From the NCBI GenBank assembly GCA_964534625.1, contig CAZHRF010000009.1, forward strand, positions 12,935 to 76,934: 64,000 nucleotides of DNA. The letters are read 5' to 3'. Origin of the DNA: an uncultured archaeon. Its GTDB lineage: Archaea; Asgardarchaeota; Heimdallarchaeia; Heimdallarchaeales; Heimdallarchaeaceae. Under the pieces are notes generated by a model that searched no databases, had not been told where the DNA came from, and saw nothing but the letters and a program-made list of their open reading frames with translations. A program made the position numbers and the translations under genes. Below, piece after piece: positions 19,455 to 28,356 of the stretch (position 1 is the stretch's first letter; every line of letters begins with the position of its first letter).

Positions 19455-20387
19455 ATGGCTTCAAAACAAAAAGAAAGTACTACTATTAAAAACGTATTAA
19501 GGCCAATTGTAAACCATCGCATCCGTATTGTCCGATTAATTGTACAAATAATTATGTTTACATTATTGAATGGTTTAATGTTTGGATTATCAAGAACCCA
19601 ATTTCTCTTGCCAATACAATTCCCGACTGGAGGACCCTTTACTACGGTTTGGTCAGCATTTGATGCACTCCAATATACGATATCAATTTTTATGGTTCCA
19701 TATTTAGCAATATCCATTTTTGCATTATTTGGGGCAGTAGTTGGTAAAACAACTTGTGGATGGGTCTGTCCTTTTGGATTATTTCAAGATCTTTTCATAT
19801 ACATGCCTACAAAAAAGAAAAAAGTATCTAAACCTACTAATAAAGGCATGAAAAATTTTGCTTGGACTTTTGTAATTATATCTGTTATAGTTTCAATAAT
19901 AGTTGGAGTATCATTTAATAGAGCTGGTGAAAGTGCAAAAGAAGCATTTGGAATATGGAAGGATATGCCGTTTAGTGTGTTTGATCCATCATCAACCTTG
20001 TTTGCATCAATTTTCTATTATTTAAGATGGGGTATTCAAAGTGCCACTTTTGGAGCTGAACTTGGAGAATGGAAATTTATTTTTTGGTTTAGATTGTTCC
20101 TTTTCCTCATTACATTGATATTAATAACTATATTCCCCCGAGCATATTGTAGATGGTTCTGTCCTACTGGCGCTTTGTTGGGTATATTTAGTCGTTTTAG
20201 TTTAATAGGCTTAAAAAGAAACCCAAATAGATGTCCCAGCGGATGTGATGAGTGTGAGCGAGCATGCCCTACTCAAGTCCCGATTCTTTCATATGGAAAA
20301 GAAGTAGCAGACTCTGCTTGTATAAATTGTGGAGAATGTATTGATGCTTGTCCAGAAAAAGCGTTAAAAATTACTTTGAGAATATAA
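19455..20387 (+). CDS. Membrane 4Fe-4S protein (NapH/MauN/YccM family)
   Basis: CGWVCPFG, YCRWFCPTG, C..GCDECERACP, CINCGECIDACP; several TM helices. Confidence 0.9.
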   Translation: MASKQKESTTIKNVLRPIVNHRIRIVRLIVQIIMFTLLNGLMFGLSRTQFLLPIQFPTGGPFTTVWSAFDALQYTISIFMVPYLAISIFALFGAVVGKTTCGWVCPFGLFQDLFIYMPTKKKKVSKPTNKGMKNFAWTFVIISVIVSIIVGVSFNRAGESAKEAFGIWKDMPFSVFDPSSTLFASIFYYLRWGIQSATFGAELGEWKFIFWFRLFLFLITLILITIFPRAYCRWFCPTGALLGIFSRFSLIGLKRNPNRCPSGCDECERACPTQVPILSYGKEVADSACINCGECIDACPEKALKITLRI

Positions 20388-20408
20388 TTGAGATTACAAA
20401 ACAGTTCA

Positions 20409-20476
20409 TCTTTTATTCTTTTCTCGAGATGAAAAAAGCTAACTCTGGTATGGATAAACCCTCACCAGGGAGGTTT
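20409..20476. repeat. Dispersed ~70-bp hairpin repeat, copy 1
   Basis: TCTTTTATTCTTTTCTCGAGATGAAAAAAGCTAACTC-hairpin-GAGGTTT, shared with two copies at 63.5-63.7 kb. Confidence 0.7.
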
Positions 20477-21737
20477 ATCTCTCTTTAGATTGTTTTTCAA
20501 ATATACAAATATATCTAGAGATTGTGTTATGGCTACGTCCTATCTCAACGGGTAATGATTCATTAAATAACATGGACTTTTTTATGATGTTTAAATCCAA
20601 ATCCCGTGCAATCTTGTCATAATCTGTTGTTAAAATAATCTCGCTCGAATATCTATAAAGAGGAAAGATTATTATGATTCTACCCTTGTTTTTCAAATGT
20701 TTAATACATTGCCCTAAGACTTCAGTATAAAGGAGTTCAAGTTCTTTCATGATTTTATTGCCTTCGTCTATAGCAGGGAGTTCCTTAACAAAAGGTCCGA
20801 GATAAGGTTCCGTTACAATAGCATCGATGAGGGGAAGATTAAGCGCAGATAGAAAACGCGAATCTTGTTTATACAATTGCCAAACTAGTTTTTTTTGTTT
20901 TTCTGGGGGGTAAGCTATTTCTAGGTTCTCTTCTGAAGCTTGAATACATTTATAGTCACTGTCAATACCAATGGCATTTATACGTTGGTCTAACGCAGAT
21001 AGGAGGATAGTTCCTGTACCACAGAAAGGATCTAATAAGGTGCCAAATTGGTGTACTTTTGCTAGATACACTAGAGTTCGTGCCATTTTAAGTGATGTTC
21101 CATGGGTGAAAAAGCGTTTTGGTCTCTTTTTATCTCGTTCAATGTCATCAAACGGGTTTGTAACCCACTTTGTGTAGCCTACTATGAGTTTGGATTTTAC
21201 TATAAAACAAACTAATTCGACACCTCTATTTGGCATATTCTCTTTATAATATTCATAAGGTGATAATTCCATGGATACTTTTGATTTGGGTTTTCTTTTG
21301 GGTAAAAGCTTAATATTCAAATAATAATCATGCTTTAATTGATGTATTGTAGAGCGGATTTGAGAACCCACGTGTATTCTTTTTTTTGTTGAACCTGTAT
21401 TAATATCAAGTGAAACTTTGATAGAATATCTTTTATCAATGGAAGAGTCTTTTAATAATATCAACAGGTTGTCATAAATCAATTTTTTCCAATTTTCGAC
21501 TTTTTCTAACTCTTCTTCAAATAACACTTCTCCCATTTTTACCAGACTGCCCGTCATACTTAACTCTCTCTCTATCTTTGAAGAATGATTTTTATCAGAG
21601 TCTACAAAGAGATAATCAGTCCATTCTAATGTTTTAATATCGGTCTGGTTAAGACGCTCAAACAAGGTGGAAAGTTCCAATTTGGACAAAGACCGGTTGT
21701 ATCCTATTTTAAAGAAGAAATTGAAAATCATGTGCAT
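20475..21737 (-). CDS. Trm11/TrmG10-like (COG1041) RNA methyltransferase
   Basis: RD..RP, KMARTLV, LLDPFCGTGTIL, IVTEPYLG. Confidence 0.75.
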   Translation of the reverse strand: MHMIFNFFFKIGYNRSLSKLELSTLFERLNQTDIKTLEWTDYLFVDSDKNHSSKIERELSMTGSLVKMGEVLFEEELEKVENWKKLIYDNLLILLKDSSIDKRYSIKVSLDINTGSTKKRIHVGSQIRSTIHQLKHDYYLNIKLLPKRKPKSKVSMELSPYEYYKENMPNRGVELVCFIVKSKLIVGYTKWVTNPFDDIERDKKRPKRFFTHGTSLKMARTLVYLAKVHQFGTLLDPFCGTGTILLSALDQRINAIGIDSDYKCIQASEENLEIAYPPEKQKKLVWQLYKQDSRFLSALNLPLIDAIVTEPYLGPFVKELPAIDEGNKIMKELELLYTEVLGQCIKHLKNKGRIIIIFPLYRYSSEIILTTDYDKIARDLDLNIIKKSMLFNESLPVEIGRSHNTISRYICIFEKQSKER

Positions 21738-21742
21738 AACCT

Positions 21743-22774
21743 TCAGTTAAAAAATGCATCTAAACTTTTCTGTTTAAGCGAAGAGTCTAATCCTTTTTTA
21801 GCATTTTTCAAAGTATTAATAATTCTATCTTCTTGAAAGCCTCTTTCTTCACAGAGAAACTCCATCACTCCATCAATATTAATAGATGAAAAATTAAGTT
21901 TATAATTATCAATAATCTTCGGATTGAGAAAAATTGATCTAATTATCTCTATGTCCACATCAAATTCTATGTCTTTTTCTTTTATTATTTTTTCAAGAGT
22001 ATTATATTTTTGAATATATTTGTAAGCAGTTTTAGGACCAATTCCTTTGATTCCGTCATTATAATCGGTGCCTATAAGAATACACATGTCTATTAGCTGC
22101 TCTCTAGTAATTCCTAATGCATTCATTAATTCATCATAATTATACTGTTCTACATTTATTGTGATATATTTATTTGAGTTAGGTAATTTTCTCCTTCCCG
22201 ATAAAGTTAAATTGCGTATTAAAATCGGAGCGCCAAATAAGAGACTGTCATAATCTTGGGAAGAACAAGCCCAAACATCATTTTTTTTAGCCATATAAGC
22301 TGCTTGTGCTTCACCTTCTTGCGGGGCTTGGACAATAGGGATCCCTAATAGGGAAAGTAGTCGTTTACTATCTGCAACAATATCCTCTGTTATGACGCTA
22401 GTCCTTTGAGCAAGACTCCTTACTCGTTCCATATCTCCTACTTTACGAGCTTTTTCCATCTCTTTTCTTGCTTCTTTTTTGATTTGTTTTCTTCTCTTTA
22501 TTTCTTCACGTTTTTCTTCAGGTGGAACACCATCAAAGACGTAAACAAGTTGAATACCCCGTTGAAGTAAATTTGCATTTCTATAAAGTAAACCTGAAAG
22601 ATGACTGGTTATTCTCCCTTCAGAATCGGTAAGCAAAGACCCATCATAACCGCGAATGGAAGCTAAAAATTGATACATGACATTATATGCATCTAAAGAG
22701 AGTTTCTTTCTGCTTAAAGAATCCAAATCAATCGGTGTTCCTTCAAATAAGTCCTTTAAATTTTTAACACCCAA
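21743..22774 (-). CDS. fen: Flap endonuclease 1 (probable TTG start at 22774; ORF track 22798)
   Basis: GVK, DAYN.MYQFL, TSHLSG, VFDG, EGEAQAA, SQDYDSLLFG, GTDYN.GIKGIGPKTA, PIP box QKSLDAFF. Confidence 0.97.
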   Translation of the reverse strand: MGVKNLKDLFEGTPIDLDSLSRKKLSLDAYNVMYQFLASIRGYDGSLLTDSEGRITSHLSGLLYRNANLLQRGIQLVYVFDGVPPEEKREEIKRRKQIKKEARKEMEKARKVGDMERVRSLAQRTSVITEDIVADSKRLLSLLGIPIVQAPQEGEAQAAYMAKKNDVWACSSQDYDSLLFGAPILIRNLTLSGRRKLPNSNKYITINVEQYNYDELMNALGITREQLIDMCILIGTDYNDGIKGIGPKTAYKYIQKYNTLEKIIKEKDIEFDVDIEIIRSIFLNPKIIDNYKLNFSSINIDGVMEFLCEERGFQEDRIINTLKNAKKGLDSSLKQKSLDAFFN

Positions 22775-22826
22775 TATAGTGCACCCAGTGATAGTCAAAT
22801 AGAATGATTAAAAAGGTTATCACTTT

Positions 22827-23504
22827 TTATTCGAACTCACCAGTTAAAGGTACAAAAGCTACACCCATTTTACTTTCAGAATGTGTTTTCCCTTCTTCAT
22901 CCTTTTTCAGCAGTATCAAATCTTGGAAGAAAGTTTTCTTAATAGGGATGACTAATCTCCCTCCTTTTTTTAATTGAGGAATAATGGGGTCGGGAACTTT
23001 TTTAGCAGAACATGCAAATGAGATAATATCATAGGGTGCTTCTTCTTTGTACCCCCACCCTCCATCAGATTGGATAAAGGTAACACGATCTAGGTATCCT
23101 GCTTTCTGTAAGTTGTTTTTAGCGAATTCTATTAGTTCTGGAACGATTTCTACGCCATAAACATGACCGGGATTTTCTACTCCTTCTGGTGCTACCATCT
23201 CTGCATACATTGCCGCATTATATCCAGAACCCAAACCAATTTCTAATACAGTATCGCCTACTTTTGGGTCTGTACAGTCGGGTGAGAGATAAAATAAGAC
23301 CATATGGATGGCGCTAATTGTTTGGCCTCCTGGTATGGGGAGAGGTGTGTCTCTGTATGCCATCTCTTTTTGTGAAGGATGAACAAATTCTTCTCTTGGA
23401 ACTTTGAGAAAAGCTTCCTCCATTCTTTTGGTTAAAGTGAAATTATGTTTTTTAATTCTAGATATTACTTTTCTTTTTGTAGGATAAATTTCATCTGATG
23501 ACAT
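22827..23504 (-). CDS. pcm: Protein-L-isoaspartate O-methyltransferase (probable start 23504; ORF track 23555)
   Basis: VPREEF, QTISA, VLEIGLGSGYNAA, APYD, LKKGGRLVIP, VAFVPL. Confidence 0.92.
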   Translation of the reverse strand: MSSDEIYPTKRKVISRIKKHNFTLTKRMEEAFLKVPREEFVHPSQKEMAYRDTPLPIPGGQTISAIHMVLFYLSPDCTDPKVGDTVLEIGLGSGYNAAMYAEMVAPEGVENPGHVYGVEIVPELIEFAKNNLQKAGYLDRVTFIQSDGGWGYKEEAPYDIISFACSAKKVPDPIIPQLKKGGRLVIPIKKTFFQDLILLKKDEEGKTHSESKMGVAFVPLTGEFE

Positions 23505-23565
23505 GATGTTAAATAAAATATATATAAAGAAGTTAATTAAACTTATGTTGTACAAATATTAAAAG

Positions 23566-24018
23566 GTGCATTTAATGCAAATTCATGAATTTCAGGTAAG
23601 TGGTCATCCAAATATTACAGCAACGCATAAATCAACTTTAGAATTTACTAAAGAAAATAATGTAACACTAAGGGGAGACTGTATCTTGGGTGTTAGTGCA
23701 ACTACTAGCTTATATGATCTCCCCGAAGAGATGAAACAAGCAATACAAAAAGGGAATGAGATGGAAGTTGAGTTGTTAATTGACGGTGAGAAAATAGTAA
23801 TAAAGGGAAGGGGTCATAAGAACCTGCTATTATCAAATAAACAGGCGATGGTCATAAGAAAAAGTGAGTTTACATGTCCCAGAACATTAATGATAGATGC
23901 TGATGCTGCAGCTAAAGATATTCCCAACAGTGTTTTAGCTAAAATGAAAAATCCCAATAAAACTATGATAATCAAAATTTATGTGTTAGATTCAACACAA
24001 ACATCTACACAAGCATGA
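23566..24018 (+). CDS. DUF371 family protein
   Basis: GHPNITATHKSTLEFTKE..T.RGDCILGV, MVIRKS, RTLMI.AD.AAKD. Confidence 0.88.
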   Translation: MHLMQIHEFQVSGHPNITATHKSTLEFTKENNVTLRGDCILGVSATTSLYDLPEEMKQAIQKGNEMEVELLIDGEKIVIKGRGHKNLLLSNKQAMVIRKSEFTCPRTLMIDADAAAKDIPNSVLAKMKNPNKTMIIKIYVLDSTQTSTQA

Positions 24019-25052
24019 ATTTCATAAGGTGCACTAGTGCGAATTTTTTGAAAATTAAGTAGCTTTTTGATTTTCCATCCATTCTCTGCCATTTTAGGTT
24101 CTAATATATCCAGTAGGTGTTTTTTAGGATTTTCAGCGGGTACAAATTGATAAAAATGTAGAACAGAATGTTTTTTAAACAAAGAACAAGCTACATCAAC
24201 AAAATTATCCGAATGACCAGGTAAGTTCATTAAAACTCTGTCTGCTTTTGGTATTTTCTGCACAACAGAACGACAGTCACCCAAAATAGGATTTATGTGT
24301 CCCTTCAGCTTATTTAATTGAAGAGATCGATTAAGACATTTAATAGCATGGCGATTAATATCAATTGCATAGATAGTACTATAGTGTTCTGCAGCTATAT
24401 GAAGCGGAAAAGATCCCACCCCTGTAAATAAATCTACAATTTTTTCGTTGGATCCTACCAAATTGGATATTCTATGGTGTTCATAAGACAGTCTTGGGCT
24501 AAAATAAGTTTTACAAACATCAACAAATATTCTCACATCATATTCTTTATGAATCGTTTGACACTTTTTTTTGCCCGCAAGAAATTCAAGTTCTCTGATT
24601 CTAAGCTGTCCAGTAACTGGTGATGCTTTGCGATAAACAGTTTTTATAGATGGAAAAAGTTCTAAGATACTCTGTCCAATCAATTTTTGATGGGATAACA
24701 ATTCATCAGGAATATCAATAACAACTATATCCCCTATTGTGTCAAATGATTTGGGAATAAATGCGTGTAAGGAACTATCAAGGTGTTCGAGTAAAACTTC
24801 TTCTAAACTATTGGGTGCTCTTTTTTTTATTTCAAAATTACACGTATCAATTTTGTAAGAGAAATTATAAGAAAAAGAGGAAAGGAGGGTCATAAGTTTA
24901 TCATACGAGATGTTAACAGGAATAGTAATATGCGTTTCAGTACGCGAAAACTTTAATGTCGTATCAATAACATTATGAAATATTAACCACTGCCTCATTT
25001 TCTCTGTGTTATGTATGTGAACACAAATACCAATAGATGTAGTAGACCTCAC
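23979..25052 (-). CDS. Trm5/Taw2 (Met-10-like) tRNA methyltransferase
   Basis: SFDTIGDI, RIR.LEFLAG, TIHKE, YFSPRL, DLFTGVGSF, DIN, MNLP. Confidence 0.88.
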   Translation of the reverse strand: MRSTTSIGICVHIHNTEKMRQWLIFHNVIDTTLKFSRTETHITIPVNISYDKLMTLLSSFSYNFSYKIDTCNFEIKKRAPNSLEEVLLEHLDSSLHAFIPKSFDTIGDIVVIDIPDELLSHQKLIGQSILELFPSIKTVYRKASPVTGQLRIRELEFLAGKKKCQTIHKEYDVRIFVDVCKTYFSPRLSYEHHRISNLVGSNEKIVDLFTGVGSFPLHIAAEHYSTIYAIDINRHAIKCLNRSLQLNKLKGHINPILGDCRSVVQKIPKADRVLMNLPGHSDNFVDVACSLFKKHSVLHFYQFVPAENPKKHLLDILEPKMAENGWKIKKLLNFQKIRTSAPYEIHACVDVCVESNT

Positions 25053-25128
25053 GAGCTATACCAAAATAATAATATTATTAAGGATTATCGTATAAATAGA
25101 GCAGAAGCAAAAAAGAATAAAAGTAGGT

Positions 25129-26061
25129 ATGTCAGTGAAGCCAGTAAAAGCAGTAATACTCTTAGAAAAAGATGGGTCATGTAAATTCTATAGGGTTTAT
25201 AATGAGAATTGGAACGAAGAAAAAAGACTGGGAATAGTAAGCTATGTAACAGCCATCACCTCAATGTTTACAGAAATGGGCGATGACATACCAAAAAGGA
25301 TCGTTCTAGAAAAAAATGAGGTGATATGTGAGGAAAAAAATGGAAAGATAATTGCAGTTATTATAGATAAAAGAAACGGAGAACATTTGGTACAAAATAC
25401 TGTAGACTTATTTGAAGAAATGTTTGAGGGAACAAAAGAATTAGAAGATACATTTATACTTAATCAAGAAAACAAAGAGGAAGAGAAAAATAGCATCAAA
25501 GAGTTCTCAAGGAAATTAAATTTAATAATAAACAAAAGAACAAATCAAGGTGAGGAGAGGAAACCAAAAGAGAGGAAAATGATGCTAAAAAAAGATGTTC
25601 CTATAATGATTCAAGATGTGGATATTTTAATTATGACAGATTCAGGACAACCACTATTCATAATGAAAACATCTATATTACCATTTGATTCGGTGTTGGT
25701 AACAGCATTCATCGCAGCAATTATGGATGTTGGAGAACAATACAGAATTGGACAAGTAAGGATAATAGAGGGAGAAAAAGTCAAAATGATTATTGAAAAA
25801 AATAAGAAAATAATAACTCTGATAATAAAAGAGAAGAAACTTGACAGGGGAGAAGACCTAATTAAATTATCAAGGATTATATTATCAATGACAGAACAAT
25901 GGATAGAAGAACAAGGATTAAAAGAAGAAGAATTGCAAGAGATGGTTGAAGGAAGAAACAAACTAGAAGAAATGATAAAAATGCTGATAGAAACAGAAAC
26001 ATGGGAAAAACATGAAATGAGAGAGAGAGAAAGAGAGATTCTAATAAGTACATATATATGA
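25129..26061 (+). CDS. Asgard-type protein with two tandem longin-like domains
   Basis: Two repeats of a beta-beta-helix-beta3-helix pattern: ILLEKDGSCKF..SYVTAITSM and LIMTDSGQPLF..AFIAAIMDVG. Confidence 0.6.
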   Translation: MSVKPVKAVILLEKDGSCKFYRVYNENWNEEKRLGIVSYVTAITSMFTEMGDDIPKRIVLEKNEVICEEKNGKIIAVIIDKRNGEHLVQNTVDLFEEMFEGTKELEDTFILNQENKEEEKNSIKEFSRKLNLIINKRTNQGEERKPKERKMMLKKDVPIMIQDVDILIMTDSGQPLFIMKTSILPFDSVLVTAFIAAIMDVGEQYRIGQVRIIEGEKVKMIIEKNKKIITLIIKEKKLDRGEDLIKLSRIILSMTEQWIEEQGLKEEELQEMVEGRNKLEEMIKMLIETETWEKHEMREREREILISTYI

Positions 26062-26298
26062 TATTTAATCATAACCGGTATAGCATCTATTAGGTTTAAT
26101 GAATATAATATACTATTTGTTATTCTTGAGATAGTTACTGTGAAACAAGATAGATTTTATGGTTTCCAAATTGGAAACAAAGATGAACACATTTTAAAAA
26201 ACACTTATATATAAAAAAGATTTTGAAAGATGGAATCATGATTCTAATAGTAAAATTTTTATGAGAGCAATAAAAGAGAGAACAGAACAAGCTTAATT

Positions 26299-26401
26299 GG
26301 GCTAGTAGCTCAGCTAGGTAGAGCAACGGACTCTTAAGTAAGCAAAAAGAACTTGTGGAGTAATCCGTCGGTCGCCGGTTCAAATCCGGCCTAGCTCGCC
26401 A
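26299..26401 (+). tRNA. tRNA-Lys(CUU) with 26-nt intron at 37/38 (26337-26362), CCA encoded
   Basis: GGGCTAG/CTAGCTC acceptor stem; anticodon stem ACGGA/TCCGT; loop CTCTTA|A; BHB motif with CTCT/GGAG central helix and two TAA bulges; GTTCAAATC. Confidence 0.93.
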
Positions 26402-26463
26402 TCTTTTGTTCTTTTTATTTGATATACGTTAAAATTCATATAGTTATATTTTATTTATTAGTT

Positions 26464-27168
26464 ATGACTACTAAAAAGCTAAATATTGTTATTACGGGTG
26501 GGTCAAGTGGTATAGGTGAGGCCATTGCCCTTGAGATGGCTCCTGATGATCATACCTTTTATCTAATAGGACGAGACGAGGCGCGTTTAAAAGATGTTTG
26601 TTCTCGTGTTGAACTTGCAGGGTCAAGATGTTTTTTTGGTGTTGGTGATGTTAGCAACCCAGAACATGTTGACAGTTTATTTTCTGATATTCAATCTAAA
26701 CTTGGTTTTGTGAATGTACTCGTTGCAAATGCTGGTGTAGGTTATTTTGGTTTTCTTGAAGATATGTCAATTGATCAATATGATGAACAATTTAATACTA
26801 ATGTCCGAGGAGTATTTCTTTGGCTTAAGAAAGTTTTACCGAACATGAAAAAAGCAAACACCGGTCAAATCATTGTTACTTCGTCTAATTTGGGCTTAAA
26901 CACTTCTGCACGAACAGGTATATACTCTGCTACTAAACATGCTATTCAAGCTATGGTTAGTTGCTTGCGCGATGAACTTAAAGGCACTAGTGTTAAAGCC
27001 GCTACCATAAACCCGGGTTCTGTGGACACTCCTTGGTTTAATGGAAAGGATGTCGATCGTTCTAAAATGCTCTCCCCCTCAGATGTTTCACGTGTTGTCC
27101 GTTTAATCATTACACAAAGTGAAACGAGTAATATTGAACATATTCTTTTGTTACCTAGTAAGGGATAA
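26464..27168 (+). CDS. Short-chain dehydrogenase/reductase (probable start 26464; ORF track 26419)
   Basis: TGGSSGIG, ANAGVG, YSATK, PGSVDT. Confidence 0.92.
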   Translation: MTTKKLNIVITGGSSGIGEAIALEMAPDDHTFYLIGRDEARLKDVCSRVELAGSRCFFGVGDVSNPEHVDSLFSDIQSKLGFVNVLVANAGVGYFGFLEDMSIDQYDEQFNTNVRGVFLWLKKVLPNMKKANTGQIIVTSSNLGLNTSARTGIYSATKHAIQAMVSCLRDELKGTSVKAATINPGSVDTPWFNGKDVDRSKMLSPSDVSRVVRLIITQSETSNIEHILLLPSKG

Positions 27169-27191
27169 ACAGTCTATTTTCCTCTCCTTTT

Positions 27192-27758
27192 TTACATGTC
27201 ATACAGTTTTTTCAAGATTACCTCTCTTGATAAAGTTTGAAACGCTCGTTTTACACCTATCCCCTCTGTTGCTATTGTCTCATACGTGGGTGTTGCTGGT
27301 GAAAAATCCAGAGCATCTAAGAGATCTCTTTTATCCATTGCATCAGGAACATCTCTTTTATTTAATGCCAGAACGAGTGGTATGTCTCCCCCAATTTTTT
27401 CTCCCAACTCTTTTCTCAATTCATCTGCTGACTCTACATTATCTGCTAACATCTCTCTTGATGAATCTGCAACAAAAAGTAGTCCGTCCACGCCTTTCAA
27501 TACCAATGATCGTTGATGTCTATGTCTTCTTTGCCCCGCTACTGTATAAATATCAAGTATAACGCTTGATGTTGCCATAAAAGGACTAAAATCAAAATAT
27601 ATTGTTCTACCCGAAGGATCTTCAATTGAATTCATCCCACCTTTTTTTATGCCTGTTACATCGCTATGCAATCTTCTTAATAATGTTGTTTTACCAGCTA
27701 AGCTTGGTCCTACGAATACAATTTTGAAATGCATTTTTCCTGAAGCATCTTTCCGCAT
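27192..27758 (-). CDS. MglA-like small GTPase
   Basis: GPSLAGKTT, RTIYFDF, YTVAGQ, LKGVDG..FVADS, NKRD; downstream of a roadblock gene. Confidence 0.88.
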   Translation of the reverse strand: MRKDASGKMHFKIVFVGPSLAGKTTLLRRLHSDVTGIKKGGMNSIEDPSGRTIYFDFSPFMATSSVILDIYTVAGQRRHRHQRSLVLKGVDGLLFVADSSREMLADNVESADELRKELGEKIGGDIPLVLALNKRDVPDAMDKRDLLDALDFSPATPTYETIATEGIGVKRAFQTLSREVILKKLYDM

Positions 27759-27834
27759 TTTGATTCATTCCTTTATTTATACTTAGGTCAATTGGTGGAG
27801 AGTATTATTCATTCGTTTCTCATTTGTCTGTTTT

Positions 27835-28134
27835 TTATTTTTTATCTCTTAAGACAATCAAGACATAGTCATTTTCTGGTGCCACTAAAATTTCACCTTT
27901 TTCTGTATCGAGTGTGAAAAAGTTTAGGTAACCTTCTTCTAGTTCTGTCACAACAGCTTTGGCACGACCGACTAAGGACGCAACTAAAGCAGAGACATTT
28001 TCACGCATTTCAGTACTTAGATTCTCCGTACTAGAAATGGGGAGCCCATCATTACTGGCGATTATTACACCGCGCACGTCTTTGTGAGTAGAAAGACTTT
28101 CCAAAGTTTCTTCAAAGTGTTTTTGGGATATCAT
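27835..28134 (-). CDS. Roadblock/LC7 (MglB-like) protein
   Basis: VRGVIIASNDGLPISS, SALVASL, L.T.KGEILVAP...YVLIVL. Confidence 0.9.
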   Translation of the reverse strand: MISQKHFEETLESLSTHKDVRGVIIASNDGLPISSTENLSTEMRENVSALVASLVGRAKAVVTELEEGYLNFFTLDTEKGEILVAPENDYVLIVLRDKK

Positions 28135-28356
28135 AAAAACAACCCTTTGTAATATTTATTGTTAACTATTATTAATATATTATTCTATATTAACACCTTT
28201 TACTTCTCGCTTATACTTTTAAAAACTTGCGATAGTGTTATTTATAGTCTTTTTTCTCAAAAAACGTTTTTCATTGAAGCTATTTTAGCGTCTCTTTCCT
28301 AAGCTTAGATTATAAAGATTTTAATACTCTTTTTTTTTTACCTTATTAGGATAGTT

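Noticed and set aside
20409-20476. Possible SECIS element in 3' UTRs
   Set aside because: Upstream genes have no in-frame TGA and no convincing AUGA/GA kink-turn core is seen
23979-24018. 40-bp convergent overlap of DUF371 and trm5
   Set aside because: Short 3' overlaps of convergent genes are common in compact archaeal genomes
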